NCBI GenBank assembly: GCA_963707945.1
Contig: CAVPRM010000002.1
Coordinates: 2,492,340 to 2,556,339 of the forward strand
Length of the DNA stretch: 64,000 nt
From: an uncultured delta proteobacterium
Lineage (GTDB): Bacteria; Myxococcota_A; UBA9160; SZUA-336
Reading direction: 5' to 3'
Positions within the stretch are counted from its first letter, which is position 1; each line of letters opens with the position of its first letter. The notes under the pieces are model-generated. The model was not told the origin of the DNA and ran no database searches. It saw only the letters and a list, made by a program, of their open reading frames with translations. Positions 20,087-30,113 of this stretch are shown piece by piece. The translations under genes were made by a program, and so were the position numbers.

Positions 20087-20686
20087 TCAGTGGTCTGGCT
20101 TCTTCATCGCCGCCACCAGCTCCTTCGAGCCCGATCCCCAGCGAGAGATGGCCTTGATCGCCTGAGTGAACGGAACGTCCAGCGGATGGACGCGCTCGCG
20201 GGCCAGCACGTAGACGGCTCCCGCGAAGGGCGTCGGGACCGAGGGGACGAAGATGGTGAAGCGGCCGTCGTCGACCTCCTCGATGATGAAGGCCGGAACG
20301 AGCGCATCCTCGATCTCTGCCAGCGCCGGCTTCCAGACGTTTTCCCGGCCTTCCCCTGCGACCTGCTGGGTCAGACTCCGCAGCAGCGTGTATCCCGGTA
20401 TTCGCTCGAACACGGCTCCCTCGGCACGCTCGCGGAGCGCCGTGCCCACGCGCGTGCGGACCGCGATCCCGATCAGGAAGCACACCGTCAGCACCAGCAG
20501 CAGAGACAGGAAATTCTCGGCGGGCAGCCACTCCGGAAGCAGCATCGTGAACGGCGCAACCAGTTTGGCTGCGGACTGCGCGCCCTTGAGCAGGAGCAAC
20601 ACCGCCAGATAGATCGGCAACACCACGAGCACGCCGCCGATCAGCGCGTTGACCAGGAACTGGCGCACGACCTTCATGATGCTCAT
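20087..20686 (-). CDS. DUF502 domain membrane protein
   Basis: Internal ATG (residue 58 of ORF 20087..20857): MSIMKVVRQFLVNALIGGVLVVLPIYLAVLLL...IPGYTLL...FIIEEVDDGRFTIFVPSVPTPFAGAVYVL. Confidence 0.7.
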   Translation of the reverse strand: MSIMKVVRQFLVNALIGGVLVVLPIYLAVLLLLKGAQSAAKLVAPFTMLLPEWLPAENFLSLLLVLTVCFLIGIAVRTRVGTALRERAEGAVFERIPGYTLLRSLTQQVAGEGRENVWKPALAEIEDALVPAFIIEEVDDGRFTIFVPSVPTPFAGAVYVLARERVHPLDVPFTQAIKAISRWGSGSKELVAAMKKPDH

Positions 20687-20732
20687 CTTGGGCAAGCCGC
20701 CGCTCGGAACGCAATTGGAATAGCATCCGGGG

Positions 20733-21312
20733 ATGACGACACCGCTGCTCGTGCTGGCCGAGTTCGGCTGCTCGGAAACGGGAGACGCGGAGCTCCGCGG
20801 CCACCTGGAGCGAACGCTCGCGGAGACACGCGCGGTCGAGGGCTGCCTCGAAGCCACCGTCTGGGAGCGGCCCGCCGAGCGCCGCTACCTGTTCACGACC
20901 TACTGGACCGACGGCGAGGCCGTCGCGCGCTGGGTCGCGAACGAGTTCCACCGCACGACCTTGATGCCCGGCTTCCGGCGCTGGTGCATCGAGGGCGGCT
21001 TCAGCGAGTTCACGCTCGCCGCCGATCACGATCGCGCGCGCAAGTGCGCGAGCTGCGGGCGCTGGACGCAGGGCCGCCCCGGCTGGTCGGAGCACGCGCC
21101 GACCGCGTGCCGGCAGTGCGGCAAGGCGTTCACCCGCGACGCAGAGAGCGCGGGACCCTCCGGCGCGCGAGCTCGCCGAAGCCGTGCGCAAGGCCTGCGT
21201 CGACGCCGCGCTCGCTGGCTACGAGGACGCGGAGATCAGCGGCGTCTGTCACGAAGGCGCGTGGGAAGCGGCGGTCTCTGCGATCCGAGCAGTCGCGGTC
21301 AGCGGCCGCTAA
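20733..21312 (+). CDS. ABM-like domain + Cys4 zinc-ribbon protein; C-terminal helical segment is in the +1 frame (extra base near 21165)
   Basis: MTTPLLVLAEF...YLFTTYWTDGEAVARWVANEFH (ABM-like), then CASCGRW...CRQCG. After ...SAGPSGA the well-coded continuation ELAEAVRKACVDAALAGYEDAEISGVCHEGAWEAAVSAIRAVAVSGR* lies in another frame ending at 21312. The span is 3n+1 nt long. Confidence 0.5.
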
Positions 21313-21522
21313 ATGGCCGCGACCATGATCCCACCACCGCTCGAAGCGGCGCAAGACACTTTCTCACCGAACGACTGCGCTGGCAGACCTGAGACTGGGG
21401 TCAGGCGGCAAGGCTCGACCTGACCGCGCGAGAACCGCTGGCGCTGGAAGCGCCTCGGCCACGCTGAAACTTCGCCGCAACGTCGCCGGGCTCCTCGGGA
21501 GATCCGTGCCATCGTTCCGGCG

Positions 21523-21870
21523 TTGGCCAAGATCGAAGTCTTCCGGCACGTCGAGAACGGGCTGCGCTACGCGCCCGATGCAGTGATCTTTCGCGAGGGC
21601 GAGCCCGGTGACCTGATGTACGCGGTGGTCGAGGGCGAGGTCGAGATCCGCGTCGGCGACCGGGTCATCGAACGCACCGGCGAGGGCGGCGTGATCGGCG
21701 AGCTGGCGCTCATCGACCACCGCCCGCGCAGCGCCAGCGCCGTCGCGCGAACGCCGTGCCTGCTCGTCCCGATCGACGAGAAGCAGTTCCAGTTCATGGT
21801 CCAGCAGACGCCCTTCTTCGCCCTGCAGGTGATGCGCGTCCTGACCGAGCGGCTGCGCCGGCAGACCTGA
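21523..21870 (+). CDS. Stand-alone cyclic-nucleotide-binding domain protein (115 aa, TTG start)
   Basis: FREGEPGDLMYAVVEGEVEI...GEGGVIGELALIDHRPRSASAVA. A cNMP-binding beta-roll with no output domain. Confidence 0.7.
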   Translation: MAKIEVFRHVENGLRYAPDAVIFREGEPGDLMYAVVEGEVEIRVGDRVIERTGEGGVIGELALIDHRPRSASAVARTPCLLVPIDEKQFQFMVQQTPFFALQVMRVLTERLRRQT

Positions 21871-21897
21871 CACCGGGCTTTCGCCCATACTGCGGGC

Positions 21898-23559
21898 ATG
21901 TTCCGCAGGGTCGCGCTGTCAGTCGTCGCCGTTCTGGTGCTGGCCGGCGCGCTCGCCTGGCGCTTCCAGAACGAGATCATGCTCGCCGTGGTCGGCTTCG
22001 CGGCCGACCGCGCGCTGCCGGTGGGTCCGAACGTCCCCATCGTCTGGGAGACGGGCGCGGATCCCGCGGGCCGCGCGCCGAGCGAACGCCCGCCCAACAT
22101 CGTGATCATCCTGGCCGACGACCTGGGCTGGAACGATCTGACGTTCGGCGGGGGCGGTGTGGCGGGCGGGCGCGCGCCGACGCCGCACATCGACTCGATC
22201 GCCCGCGACGGCGTGCGCTTCCTGGGGGGCTACTCCGCGAACGGCACCTGCGCGCCGTCGCGCGCCTCGGTCATGTCGGGGCGCTACGCGACCCGCTTCG
22301 GCTTCGAGTTCACGCCGACCCCGGCCAGCATGACCACGATGCTGCCGTACATCGCGCGCGGCATGCCCGGCCGGACGCGCTTCCCGGTCCGGACCGACGG
22401 CGGCAGCCCGCTGCCGTTCAACGAGATGGGCATGCCCGCGTCCGAGATTACGATCGCCGAGCTCGTGAAGCCGGCCGGGTACCACACCGTGCACATCGGC
22501 AAGTGGCACCTCGGCGGGGTGAACGGCATGTCGGCCCACGCGCAGGGCTTCGACGAGAGCCTCTTGATGGCGAGCGGGCTGTACCTGCCGGTGGACGACC
22601 CGAACGTCGTGAACTCGCGACAGGACTTCGATCCGATCGACCGCTTCCTGTGGGCCGCGATCAAGTACGCCGCGTCGTTCAACGACGGCAAGGCGTTCGA
22701 GCCGCGCGGCTACCTCACCGACTACTACACCGACGAGGCGGTGAAGGTGATCGAGGCCAACAAGGACCGCCCGTTCCTGCTCTACCTCGCGTACTGGGCG
22801 CCGCACATCCCGCTGCAGGCGACGAAGGCCGACTACGAAGCACTGTCGCAGATCGAGGATCCGCGCATGCGCGTCTACGCGGCGATGATCCGCGCGCTCG
22901 ACCGCGGCGTGGGCCGCGTGCTCGACGCCCTGCGCGCGAACGGGCTCGAAGACAACACGCTCGTCTTCTTCACCTCCGACAACGGCGCGCCCAACTACAT
23001 CGGCCTGCCGGCGGTGAACCAGCCGTTCCGAGGCTGGAAGATCACCTTCTTCGAGGGCGGCATTCACGTGCCCTACTTCCTGCGCTGGCCGAAGCAGGTC
23101 GCGGCCGGCCAGGCCTACACCGCTCCGGTGCACGGCTTCGACATCTTCGCGACCGCCGCCGCGGCGGCCGGCGTGCCGCTGCCCGCGGACCGCCCGATCG
23201 ACGGGGTGGATCTCGTGCCCTACGTGCGCGGCGAGCGCGAGGGACCGCCCCACCGCCAGCTCTTCTGGCGCTCGGGCCACTACCGGGTGGTGCTGGCCGA
23301 CGGCTGGAAGCTTCAGGTGAGCGAGCGCGCGTCGAACGATGCGTGGCTCTTCGATCTCAACACCGATCCGACCGAGCAGCACGACCTCGCCGCGAGCGAG
23401 CCCGGGAAGGTCGCCGAGCTGCGCGCACTGCTCGCCGCGCACGACGCCGAGCAGGCGCCGCCCGCCTGGCCGTCGCTGGCGGAGATGCCGGTGAACATCG
23501 ACAAGACGCTGCTCGAGCCCGACGCGCCGGACGACCAGTACATCTACTGGCCGAACTGA
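21898..23559 (+). CDS. Sulfatase (arylsulfatase-type, formylglycine-dependent), N-terminal membrane anchor/signal
   Basis: 553 aa. IVIILADDLGWND and the Cys-type sulfatase signature CAPSRASVMSGR. Confidence 0.9.
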   Translation: MFRRVALSVVAVLVLAGALAWRFQNEIMLAVVGFAADRALPVGPNVPIVWETGADPAGRAPSERPPNIVIILADDLGWNDLTFGGGGVAGGRAPTPHIDSIARDGVRFLGGYSANGTCAPSRASVMSGRYATRFGFEFTPTPASMTTMLPYIARGMPGRTRFPVRTDGGSPLPFNEMGMPASEITIAELVKPAGYHTVHIGKWHLGGVNGMSAHAQGFDESLLMASGLYLPVDDPNVVNSRQDFDPIDRFLWAAIKYAASFNDGKAFEPRGYLTDYYTDEAVKVIEANKDRPFLLYLAYWAPHIPLQATKADYEALSQIEDPRMRVYAAMIRALDRGVGRVLDALRANGLEDNTLVFFTSDNGAPNYIGLPAVNQPFRGWKITFFEGGIHVPYFLRWPKQVAAGQAYTAPVHGFDIFATAAAAAGVPLPADRPIDGVDLVPYVRGEREGPPHRQLFWRSGHYRVVLADGWKLQVSERASNDAWLFDLNTDPTEQHDLAASEPGKVAELRALLAAHDAEQAPPAWPSLAEMPVNIDKTLLEPDAPDDQYIYWPN

Positions 23560-24591
23560 CGAACGAACGAAACGATCTCGGCGGCGAGCTCGGGCCCGAC
23601 GTCCTCCTGGCTGAAGTGGCTCGCCGCGAAGACCTTGTGCTCGATTCCCGGCAGCTGCGCGCCCGGAATCTGGCTCTGGAACGCGCGGCCCAGCTCCCAG
23701 TGCGTGAAGGGACAGCGGTCGCCCCACAGCGTAAGGACGGGCTTCTGCCAGCGCCGGTACACGTCCCACGCGGCTTCGCACTTGTCGCGCTCCGGGTCGT
23801 CGGTGGTGATCGGAACGAGCAGCGGGAAGCGGCGCGCGCCCGCGACGTACTCCTGCGTCGGGAACGGCGCGTCGTAGGCGGCGAGCACCTCCTTCGAGAG
23901 CGGCTTCAGGCACCAGCCCGGCACGATCTTCGAGGGAACGAGCTCGCGGACCTCCTGGCTGTACACGCGCCAGACGAGGAAGTAGAGCGGCGCGCCCGCG
24001 CGAACCAGCGCGTGCACCTTGTCCGGGTCGATGCGGTCGTCGGCGCCGATCGTGTCGCGCCAGTCGAGGCCGAGCATCGCCTTCAGCGTCTCGGGCGCGA
24101 GGCGCTCCTGCGGCCGCAGGTTGGGAATGCCGGGCGCCGCGCTTGCTGGGCAGCGCCGTGTTCGAGAACACCACGCGCGCGAAGCGGCTCTCGTTCTCCG
24201 CGGCGACGCGCGAGCCGAGCAGCCCGCCCCAGTCCTGACCGAACAAGGTGACGTCGCGCAGGTCGAGCGCTTCGACCAGCCGCGTCACCCAGGCGACGTG
24301 CTGCGAGTACGAGTAGGCGGCCGGGTCCGTCGGCTTGTCCGAACGGCCGAAGCCGATCAGGTCCGGCACGACCACACGGAAGCCGGCCGCCTCGAGCGGG
24401 CCGATCATCTTCCGGTACAGGTAGCCCCACATCGGCTCGCCGTGGAGCAGGAGCAGCGTCTCGCGCGCGCTGCGTGGTCCGGTGTCGACGTAGGCCATGC
24501 GCAGCCCGGGCTCGAGCTCGACGTAGCGCGGCGGCCAGGGGTAGTCGGCGATGCCCGCGAAGGAGGACTCTGGAGTTCGCAGCACGTCCAC
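23544..24591 (-). CDS. Haloalkane-dehalogenase-like alpha/beta hydrolase; one extra base at about 24132
   Basis: N-terminal part (head of ORF 21919..24591): LLLLHGEPMWGYLYRKMI...LFGQDWGGLLG...FSNTALPSKRGA. The C-terminal part is ORF 23544..24077 plus its upstream in-frame GIPNLRPQERLAPETLKA. The span is 3n+1 nt long. Confidence 0.8.
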
Positions 24592-24634
24592 GGATCACCC
24601 CCGCGCCGGCCAGTGTGTCACATTCCCGATCGCG

Positions 24635-25213
24635 ATGGCTCCGGACGACGCCTCACTTCGCTGGGTCGATGAGCTCCGTGCGCTGCGCACCGATCACCTC
24701 GCGCGCCTGCACGCGTTCAGCCGCCAGGTCGCGTTCGGTGTGCTCGCCGTCGCCCTGACGATCTTCGTCGGCGTGCTGCTAGCGCTCGATCCGCTGTGGG
24801 ACCTCTCGTTCGACGACTCCGCGCTGGGATGGCCGCTGGCGCTCGCGAGCGCCGCCGCGTTCTTCTTGGCGTGCGCGCTGGTCGGCCTGGCGGTGCACCA
24901 GCAGCGACGGAAACGCGGCGCGGCGATCGCGGCGCTCGACCGCGCGATCCCGCTGCTCCTCGCCGGCGCCGATCCGCAGCCCGTGCTGGACGAGCTGTCG
25001 GCGCAGATGGAGCGCATCGCACCGCCGCGCGCTGAAGTCGGACCGGCTCCCTACCTGCCTTCGCTGCTCGAAGCGCGCGGGCTCGGCACGGCGCTCGCAC
25101 TCGTGCTGCTCGCCTCGCTCCTGCTAGCGCTGGCCCTCGTGCTCTGCGCTCCGCCGCAATCCGAAGAGGAGCTCGACGAAGGAACGCCGACCGCGGCGTT
25201 CACGGTCCGCTGA
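24635..25213 (+). CDS. Hypothetical membrane protein (3 predicted TM helices)
   Basis: Internal ATG of ORF 24551..25213 (MAPDDASLRWVDEL...). Hydrophobic segments FGVLAVALTIFVGVLLAL, PLALASAAAFFLACALVGLAV and ALALVLLASLLLALALVL. Confidence 0.45.
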   Translation: MAPDDASLRWVDELRALRTDHLARLHAFSRQVAFGVLAVALTIFVGVLLALDPLWDLSFDDSALGWPLALASAAAFFLACALVGLAVHQQRRKRGAAIAALDRAIPLLLAGADPQPVLDELSAQMERIAPPRAEVGPAPYLPSLLEARGLGTALALVLLASLLLALALVLCAPPQSEEELDEGTPTAAFTVR

Positions 25214-26528
25214 AGACCTTGCCCTCGGGCGGCTTGGTCGACAGGTAGGCCGTCTTCGGGTCGTACTTGCTCGCGCCCTCTTCGACCCAGCGCGCGAGCT
25301 CCGCGCGGCCGACGACGAACCAGTGCACCTCGTCCGGGCCGTCGGCGAGGCGCAGCGTGCGCTGGCTCGCGTACATGTCGGCGAGCGGCGTCCACTGCGA
25401 CACGCCCGTCGCGCCGTGGATCTGGATCGCTTCGTCGATGATCTTGCACACGCGCTCGGGCACCATGGCCTTCACCGCGGAGACCCACACGCGCGCCTGG
25501 GCGTTGCCCAGCACGTCCATGGCCTTCGCGGCCTTCAGCACCATCATGCGCATGGCCTCGATCTCGATCCGCGCCTTGGCGATCACCTCGGTGTTCTTGC
25601 CCAGGTAGGCGAGCCGGCGGCCGAACGCCTCGCGGGTGAGACCGCGCTTGGCCATCAGCTCGATCGCCCGCTCCGCCGCGCCGATCGAGCGCATGCAGTG
25701 GTGGATCCGGCCGGGGCCGAGCCGCACCTGCGAGATCTCGAAGCCGCGGCCCTCGCCGAGCAGGAGGTTCGCCTTCGGCACGCGGCAATTGGTGAAGCGG
25801 ATGTGCATGTGGCCGTGCGGCGCGTCGTCCTTCCCGAACACGTGCATGGGGCCGAGGATCTCGAAGCCCGGCGTGTCGGTCGGCACCAGGATCTGCGACT
25901 GGCGCAGGTGCGGCGCCGCATCGGGGTTCGTCTGCACCATCACGATCATGATCTTGCAGCGCGGGTCGCCGACGCCCGAGATGTAGTACTTCTCGCCGTT
26001 GATCACCCACTGGTCGCCTTCGAGCACCGCGCGGCACGAGATGTTCTTCGCGTCCGACGACGCGAGATCGGGCTCGGTCATCGCGTAGGCGGAGCGGATC
26101 TCGCCGCTCAGCAGCGGCTCGAGCCAGCGCTTCTTCTGCTCGGGGGTTCCGACCCGCTCGATCACTTCCATGTTGCCCGTGTCGGGCGCGGAGCAGTTGA
26201 GGGACTCCGAGGCCAGCGGGCTCTTCCCCAGTTCGGCCGCGATGTAGGCGTAGTCGAGGTTCTTGAGCCCCTCGCCGGTGTTGGCGTCGGGGAGGAAGAA
26301 GTTCCAGAGCCCTTCGGCCTTCGCCTTCCGCTTCACGGAGTCGAGCAGCTCGAGCTGACCCGGCGCCCACGACCAGCGGTCGGCGCGGTTGGCGCCCAGC
26401 CGGAAGAACTCGACGGTGATGGGGTCCACCTCGTTCTTGATGAAGGCCTTCACCTTCTCGAGCAGCGGCCTGACGCTCTCGGACATCCGGAGGTCGAACA
26501 TTTCGGGGGTCGTCTCTAGACCGGCCAT
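25200..26528 (-). CDS. Acyl-CoA dehydrogenase (ACAD10/11 / FadE2-like)
   Basis: 442 aa. SAYAMTEPDLASSDAKN, WVINGEKYYISG and IQIHGATGVSQWTPLADMYA are typical. Confidence 0.9.
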   Translation of the reverse strand: MAGLETTPEMFDLRMSESVRPLLEKVKAFIKNEVDPITVEFFRLGANRADRWSWAPGQLELLDSVKRKAKAEGLWNFFLPDANTGEGLKNLDYAYIAAELGKSPLASESLNCSAPDTGNMEVIERVGTPEQKKRWLEPLLSGEIRSAYAMTEPDLASSDAKNISCRAVLEGDQWVINGEKYYISGVGDPRCKIMIVMVQTNPDAAPHLRQSQILVPTDTPGFEILGPMHVFGKDDAPHGHMHIRFTNCRVPKANLLLGEGRGFEISQVRLGPGRIHHCMRSIGAAERAIELMAKRGLTREAFGRRLAYLGKNTEVIAKARIEIEAMRMMVLKAAKAMDVLGNAQARVWVSAVKAMVPERVCKIIDEAIQIHGATGVSQWTPLADMYASQRTLRLADGPDEVHWFVVGRAELARWVEEGASKYDPKTAYLSTKPPEGKVFSGP

Positions 26529-26579
26529 GGCTTCTCCTCGTTCTTCTGACGGAACGATACACCGATGGGCGGTCCGGGT

Positions 26580-27137
26580 TCAGCGCGGGTCCAGCCGGAA
26601 GAACCAGATGGCCTCGGTGTCGGGTGGGGCGTCGGTCAGGGTCGTGTGCATGTACTTCGCGGCCTTCTCCTGCATGATCGCGCGCAGCTTGGCCAGGAGC
26701 TCCGGATCGGTGACGCGAACGAGCTTCCCCTCGTAGCGCTTGCCGTCGATCCGGACGACCGCCCGGCCGTCGCGCACGGCGTCCTCGTGCCAGTGCTTGA
26801 CGGCCCAGAGGATGGAGGCAATTCCGCGCATGGCGGCGCTCGGGAGTCGGCGCCAGACGAAGCCGAGATCGCACGGGATGTAGAACTGGCCGTCGTACAC
26901 GAGGGAGCCGGTCGTCCTCGACTGCCCGGTTGCGGCGAGCTCGAGCTCGACGACCTTCCCCTCCGCAAACGACCAATCGCTGACGGGCGCGGTCACGAGC
27001 TCGCCCGCGCGCAGCGGACCGCCCGACAAGGGACCCATCGGCCCGTCGGCGAAGTAGCGCGCAACGACCGCGGTTCCGAACAAGAGAGCGACCAGTACGC
27101 CGATGGCGATCGCGGAGTAGCGCAACAATCGCTTCAT
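26580..27137 (-). CDS. Hypothetical membrane-anchored protein
   Basis: Internal ATG (residue 140 of ORF 26580..27554): MKRLLRYSAIAIGVLVALLFGTAVV..., then a soluble domain of about 150 aa. The start overlaps the stop of the upstream cyclase stub (ATGA). Confidence 0.5.
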   Translation of the reverse strand: MKRLLRYSAIAIGVLVALLFGTAVVARYFADGPMGPLSGGPLRAGELVTAPVSDWSFAEGKVVELELAATGQSRTTGSLVYDGQFYIPCDLGFVWRRLPSAAMRGIASILWAVKHWHEDAVRDGRAVVRIDGKRYEGKLVRVTDPELLAKLRAIMQEKAAKYMHTTLTDAPPDTEAIWFFRLDPR

Positions 27138-27262
27138 GCACGGTGCCGATCGCGCGCGTGCGCCGCAGCAGCCTCGTCGCGTTCGGTGAGTGCCGAGTAA
27201 CCCACCACGTCCGTAAACATGATCGCGAGGAGGCGGCGCTCCTCGGGAAGGGTTTCGGGCAT
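27134..27262 (-). pseudogene. 42-codon stub matching only the N-terminus of a class III adenylate/guanylate cyclase catalytic domain
   Basis: MPETLPEERRLLAIMFTDVVGYSALTERDEAAAAHARDRHRA*. IMFTDVVGYSALT is the first metal-Asp strand motif of class III cyclases. The rest of the domain is missing. Confidence 0.45.
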
Positions 27263-27376
27263 GCGCGCCAATTGTGATCCCGGGGCCAGTGGCTGGCAAC
27301 GGCCGCATCGCGCGAAGCCGAAACGGTCCCCGATCCTCGCCGAGCGCCTGCGCGTCCCGTGATTTAAGCTTGTCGG

Positions 27377-28432
27377 ATGAGCGAGCTCGCCACCGGCCGC
27401 TACTCCACCGCCCGCGTCCTCGACGCCTGGTACGCCGCCTGCCGCGGCGACGACCTCCGCGACGGGCCGATCGCGCGGACGATCTTCGACGCGCCCGTGG
27501 TGCTGTTCCGCGACGGCGCGGGGCGGGTGGGCGCGCTGCTCGACCGCTGCGCACACCGGAACGCCCCGCTCTCCCTCGGCCGGGTCGACGAGGCGGGCCA
27601 CCTCGCCTGCCCCTACCACGGCTGGCGCTTCGACGGCACCGGCGCGTGCCGGGAGGTGCCGGGGCTGCTCGAGCGCGACACCGCTGCGGGTCGCAGCGTG
27701 CCCGCCTTCGCGGCCCGCGAATCGGACGGCTTCGTCTGGATCTGGGCGCGTGCGGACGCGGAGCCGGTCGGCGCGCCGATGCGGATTCCGCGGATCGACG
27801 ACCCGGAGTATTTCGTGGTGATTCGCGAGTACGACGTGGAGTGCACCATGCACGCAGCGCTCGAGAACGCGCTCGACGTGCCGCACACCGCGTTCGTGCA
27901 CCGCGGCGACTTCCGCGGGAAGGTCTCGCGCGAGATCGAAGCGGTTCGCCGGCGCATCCCAGGCGGGATCGAGGTCGAGTACAAGGGCGAGCCGCCGCTC
28001 TCGGGCCCGACCCACGAGCCCGACGGCCAGCCGATCCTGTCCGAGCACTGGGACCGCTTCTTCCTGCCGTCGCTAGCGCAGGTCGAGTACAAGACGTCGA
28101 GCGGGCGGCACCTGATCAACACGCTGCCGCACACGCCGATCGGCGACGTCCGAACCCGCTTCTGGCTGGTCTCGTGCTGGAAGGTGCCGGTCGAGCGGCG
28201 CGGCGAGATGGGGCCGATCATCGAGAAGACGCTCGACACCATCCTGGGTCAGGACGTCGAGATCCTGCGCGCGCAGACGCGCCGGATCCGCGAGCTGGGC
28301 GGCGAGTCGTTCCGCTCGACCGCGCTCGACCTGATGGGCCCCGAGATGCTGCGCATGCTGCGCGCCGCCGAGAAGGGCGAGCCCGCCGACACCGCGCCGA
28401 TCGAGCGCACCGTCATGCTGCGCGTGTTCTGA
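27377..28432 (+). CDS. Rieske [2Fe-2S] non-haem iron oxygenase (PaO/KshA-like)
   Basis: CAHRNAPL...CPYHGWRF Rieske motif, followed by ENALDVPHTAFVH mononuclear-iron region. Confidence 0.85.
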   Translation: MSELATGRYSTARVLDAWYAACRGDDLRDGPIARTIFDAPVVLFRDGAGRVGALLDRCAHRNAPLSLGRVDEAGHLACPYHGWRFDGTGACREVPGLLERDTAAGRSVPAFAARESDGFVWIWARADAEPVGAPMRIPRIDDPEYFVVIREYDVECTMHAALENALDVPHTAFVHRGDFRGKVSREIEAVRRRIPGGIEVEYKGEPPLSGPTHEPDGQPILSEHWDRFFLPSLAQVEYKTSSGRHLINTLPHTPIGDVRTRFWLVSCWKVPVERRGEMGPIIEKTLDTILGQDVEILRAQTRRIRELGGESFRSTALDLMGPEMLRMLRAAEKGEPADTAPIERTVMLRVF

Positions 28433-28440
28433 GGCGCGGG

Positions 28441-29232
28441 ATGGCGGGCGACCTGGAACGGTGCGAGCTCGGGAGCGGGGTGTCGGTCGCGTACCGCGAC
28501 GAGGGCTCGGGCGAGCCGATCGTGCTGATCCACGGCATCACCGAGGACCACCACGCCTGGGACGTGTTCGTGCCGGAGCTGACCCGCAGCGCGCGCGTGG
28601 TCCGGATGGACTTGCCCGGCCACGGCGAGTCGTCGCCGCTGCCCGCGTACTCCGCGCAGACGCTGCTGGAGCCGGTCGCACAGCTCGTGCAGGCGCTCGC
28701 GCTCGAGCGCCCGCACATCGTCGGACACTCGCTGGGCGGCCTCACGGCGACCTTGCTCGGCGGGCTCGTGCCCGCGCGATCGATCGTGAACGTCGACCAG
28801 TCGCTGCGGCTCGGCCCGTTCATCGAGCGCGTGCGCGCAATCGCGGCGCGGCTCGAAGGGCCCGAATTCACGGCCACACTCAATGCCGAGATGGAGGAGC
28901 TGGGCGGCCCGCGGCTGCCCAAGGGCGTCCGCGACGGTTTGCGTTCCTATCGCGTCGAGGAGCGCCGGCCGGTCGTGCTCGGGCTCTGGCTGCCGCTCGT
29001 CGACGCGACCGAGGAGGCGGTCACCGCCCAGCTCGCGCCGCTCCTCTCTCAGGTCCGCGCGCCCTATCTGTCCTTGCACGGCGACGACCCGGGCGCGGAC
29101 TACGAGAGCTGGCTGCGCAAGCTCATCCCGAGCGCGCAGGTCGAAGTGTGGCCCGGCCTCGGTCACTGGCTGCACCGGGTCGAGCCCGAGCGCTTTCTCT
29201 CTCGGCTGCGTGCCTTCCACGCCGCTACCTAG
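28441..29232 (+). CDS. Alpha/beta hydrolase
   Basis: Tail of ORF 27274..29232 from ATG 28441. IVLIHGITEDHHAW, VGHSLGG and GLGHWLH. Confidence 0.8.
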   Translation: MAGDLERCELGSGVSVAYRDEGSGEPIVLIHGITEDHHAWDVFVPELTRSARVVRMDLPGHGESSPLPAYSAQTLLEPVAQLVQALALERPHIVGHSLGGLTATLLGGLVPARSIVNVDQSLRLGPFIERVRAIAARLEGPEFTATLNAEMEELGGPRLPKGVRDGLRSYRVEERRPVVLGLWLPLVDATEEAVTAQLAPLLSQVRAPYLSLHGDDPGADYESWLRKLIPSAQVEVWPGLGHWLHRVEPERFLSRLRAFHAAT

Positions 29233-30058
29233 CGCGGAGCCACTCCAGCAGCAGCTGGTTCACCCGCTCGGGCTGGTCGAGCATGAGCCAGTGGCTCGCG
29301 CCGTCGACCCGCTCGTACCGCCACTCGCCGCCGATGAACTTCTTCGACGCGGTCATCTGCGGCTCCGTGAGGTAGGCGTCGCCCGTGCTCCACACGCCGA
29401 GGGTCGGCGCCTTCACCGGTGGGAACTCCATGCCTGCGAGCCCCGGCCGCGCGGGGTTCACGTTCGCGCGGTACCAGTTCAGCGCCGCGGTGAGCGCGCC
29501 GGGGCGCGAGAGATCGGGGATCCAGGTCGCGAGCTCGGGGTGGTTGCGCGTCCAGTCGCGGAACAGCTTCCAGTCGTTCTCGCGCAGCGCGTCCTCGGCG
29601 ATGCCCTCGTACTGGAAATAGAGCATGTACCAGCTCTTCTCGCGCTGCTCGAGGCCGGCGTCGAAGAACGAGCCGAAGTGGCCGACCGAGAGCGCGACGA
29701 AGCGGTCGACCCGGTCGGGCATGAACATGGCCAGCCCCCAGCCGAGCGCCGCCCCCCAGTCGTGGCAGACGACGTGGCAACGGGGGATGGCGAGCGCGTC
29801 CAGCAGGCCGACGGCGTCACCGAGGAGTGTCGGAATGACGTACGCGTCGACCGCGGCCGGCTTGTCGGACGCGCCGAAGCCGCGCAGGTCGGGTGCGATC
29901 ACGCGGTAGCCGGCGGCGACCAGCGCCGGCACCTGGTGGCGCCACAGGCTCGACGAGTCGGGGAAGCCGTGCAGCAGCAGGACGGGCGCGCCCTTCCCCT
30001 GCTCGTGCACGTGCAGGCGGATTCCGTTCACCTCGAGGAGACGTCCCGGCAAGCTCAT
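29225..30058 (-). CDS. Alpha/beta hydrolase, epoxide-hydrolase/dehalogenase-like
   Basis: Internal ATG (MSLPGRLLEVNG). VLLLHGFPDSSSLWRHQ, VVCHDWGAALGW and ASHWLMLDQPE. Confidence 0.85.
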   Translation of the reverse strand: MSLPGRLLEVNGIRLHVHEQGKGAPVLLLHGFPDSSSLWRHQVPALVAAGYRVIAPDLRGFGASDKPAAVDAYVIPTLLGDAVGLLDALAIPRCHVVCHDWGAALGWGLAMFMPDRVDRFVALSVGHFGSFFDAGLEQREKSWYMLYFQYEGIAEDALRENDWKLFRDWTRNHPELATWIPDLSRPGALTAALNWYRANVNPARPGLAGMEFPPVKAPTLGVWSTGDAYLTEPQMTASKKFIGGEWRYERVDGASHWLMLDQPERVNQLLLEWLRAR

Positions 30059-30113
30059 GCACCGGTTGTCGCACGGCAGAACCTGCGAGCACAACTCGGC
30101 TAGGATTGGGTCC

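Noticed and set aside
21919-24591. 890-aa ORF suggesting one very large protein
   Set aside because: Only the first 157 or so residues (24591 down to about 24133) are real, forming the dehalogenase-like N-terminus. After the frameshift the ORF runs antisense through the sulfatase gene as Arg/Gly-rich junk.
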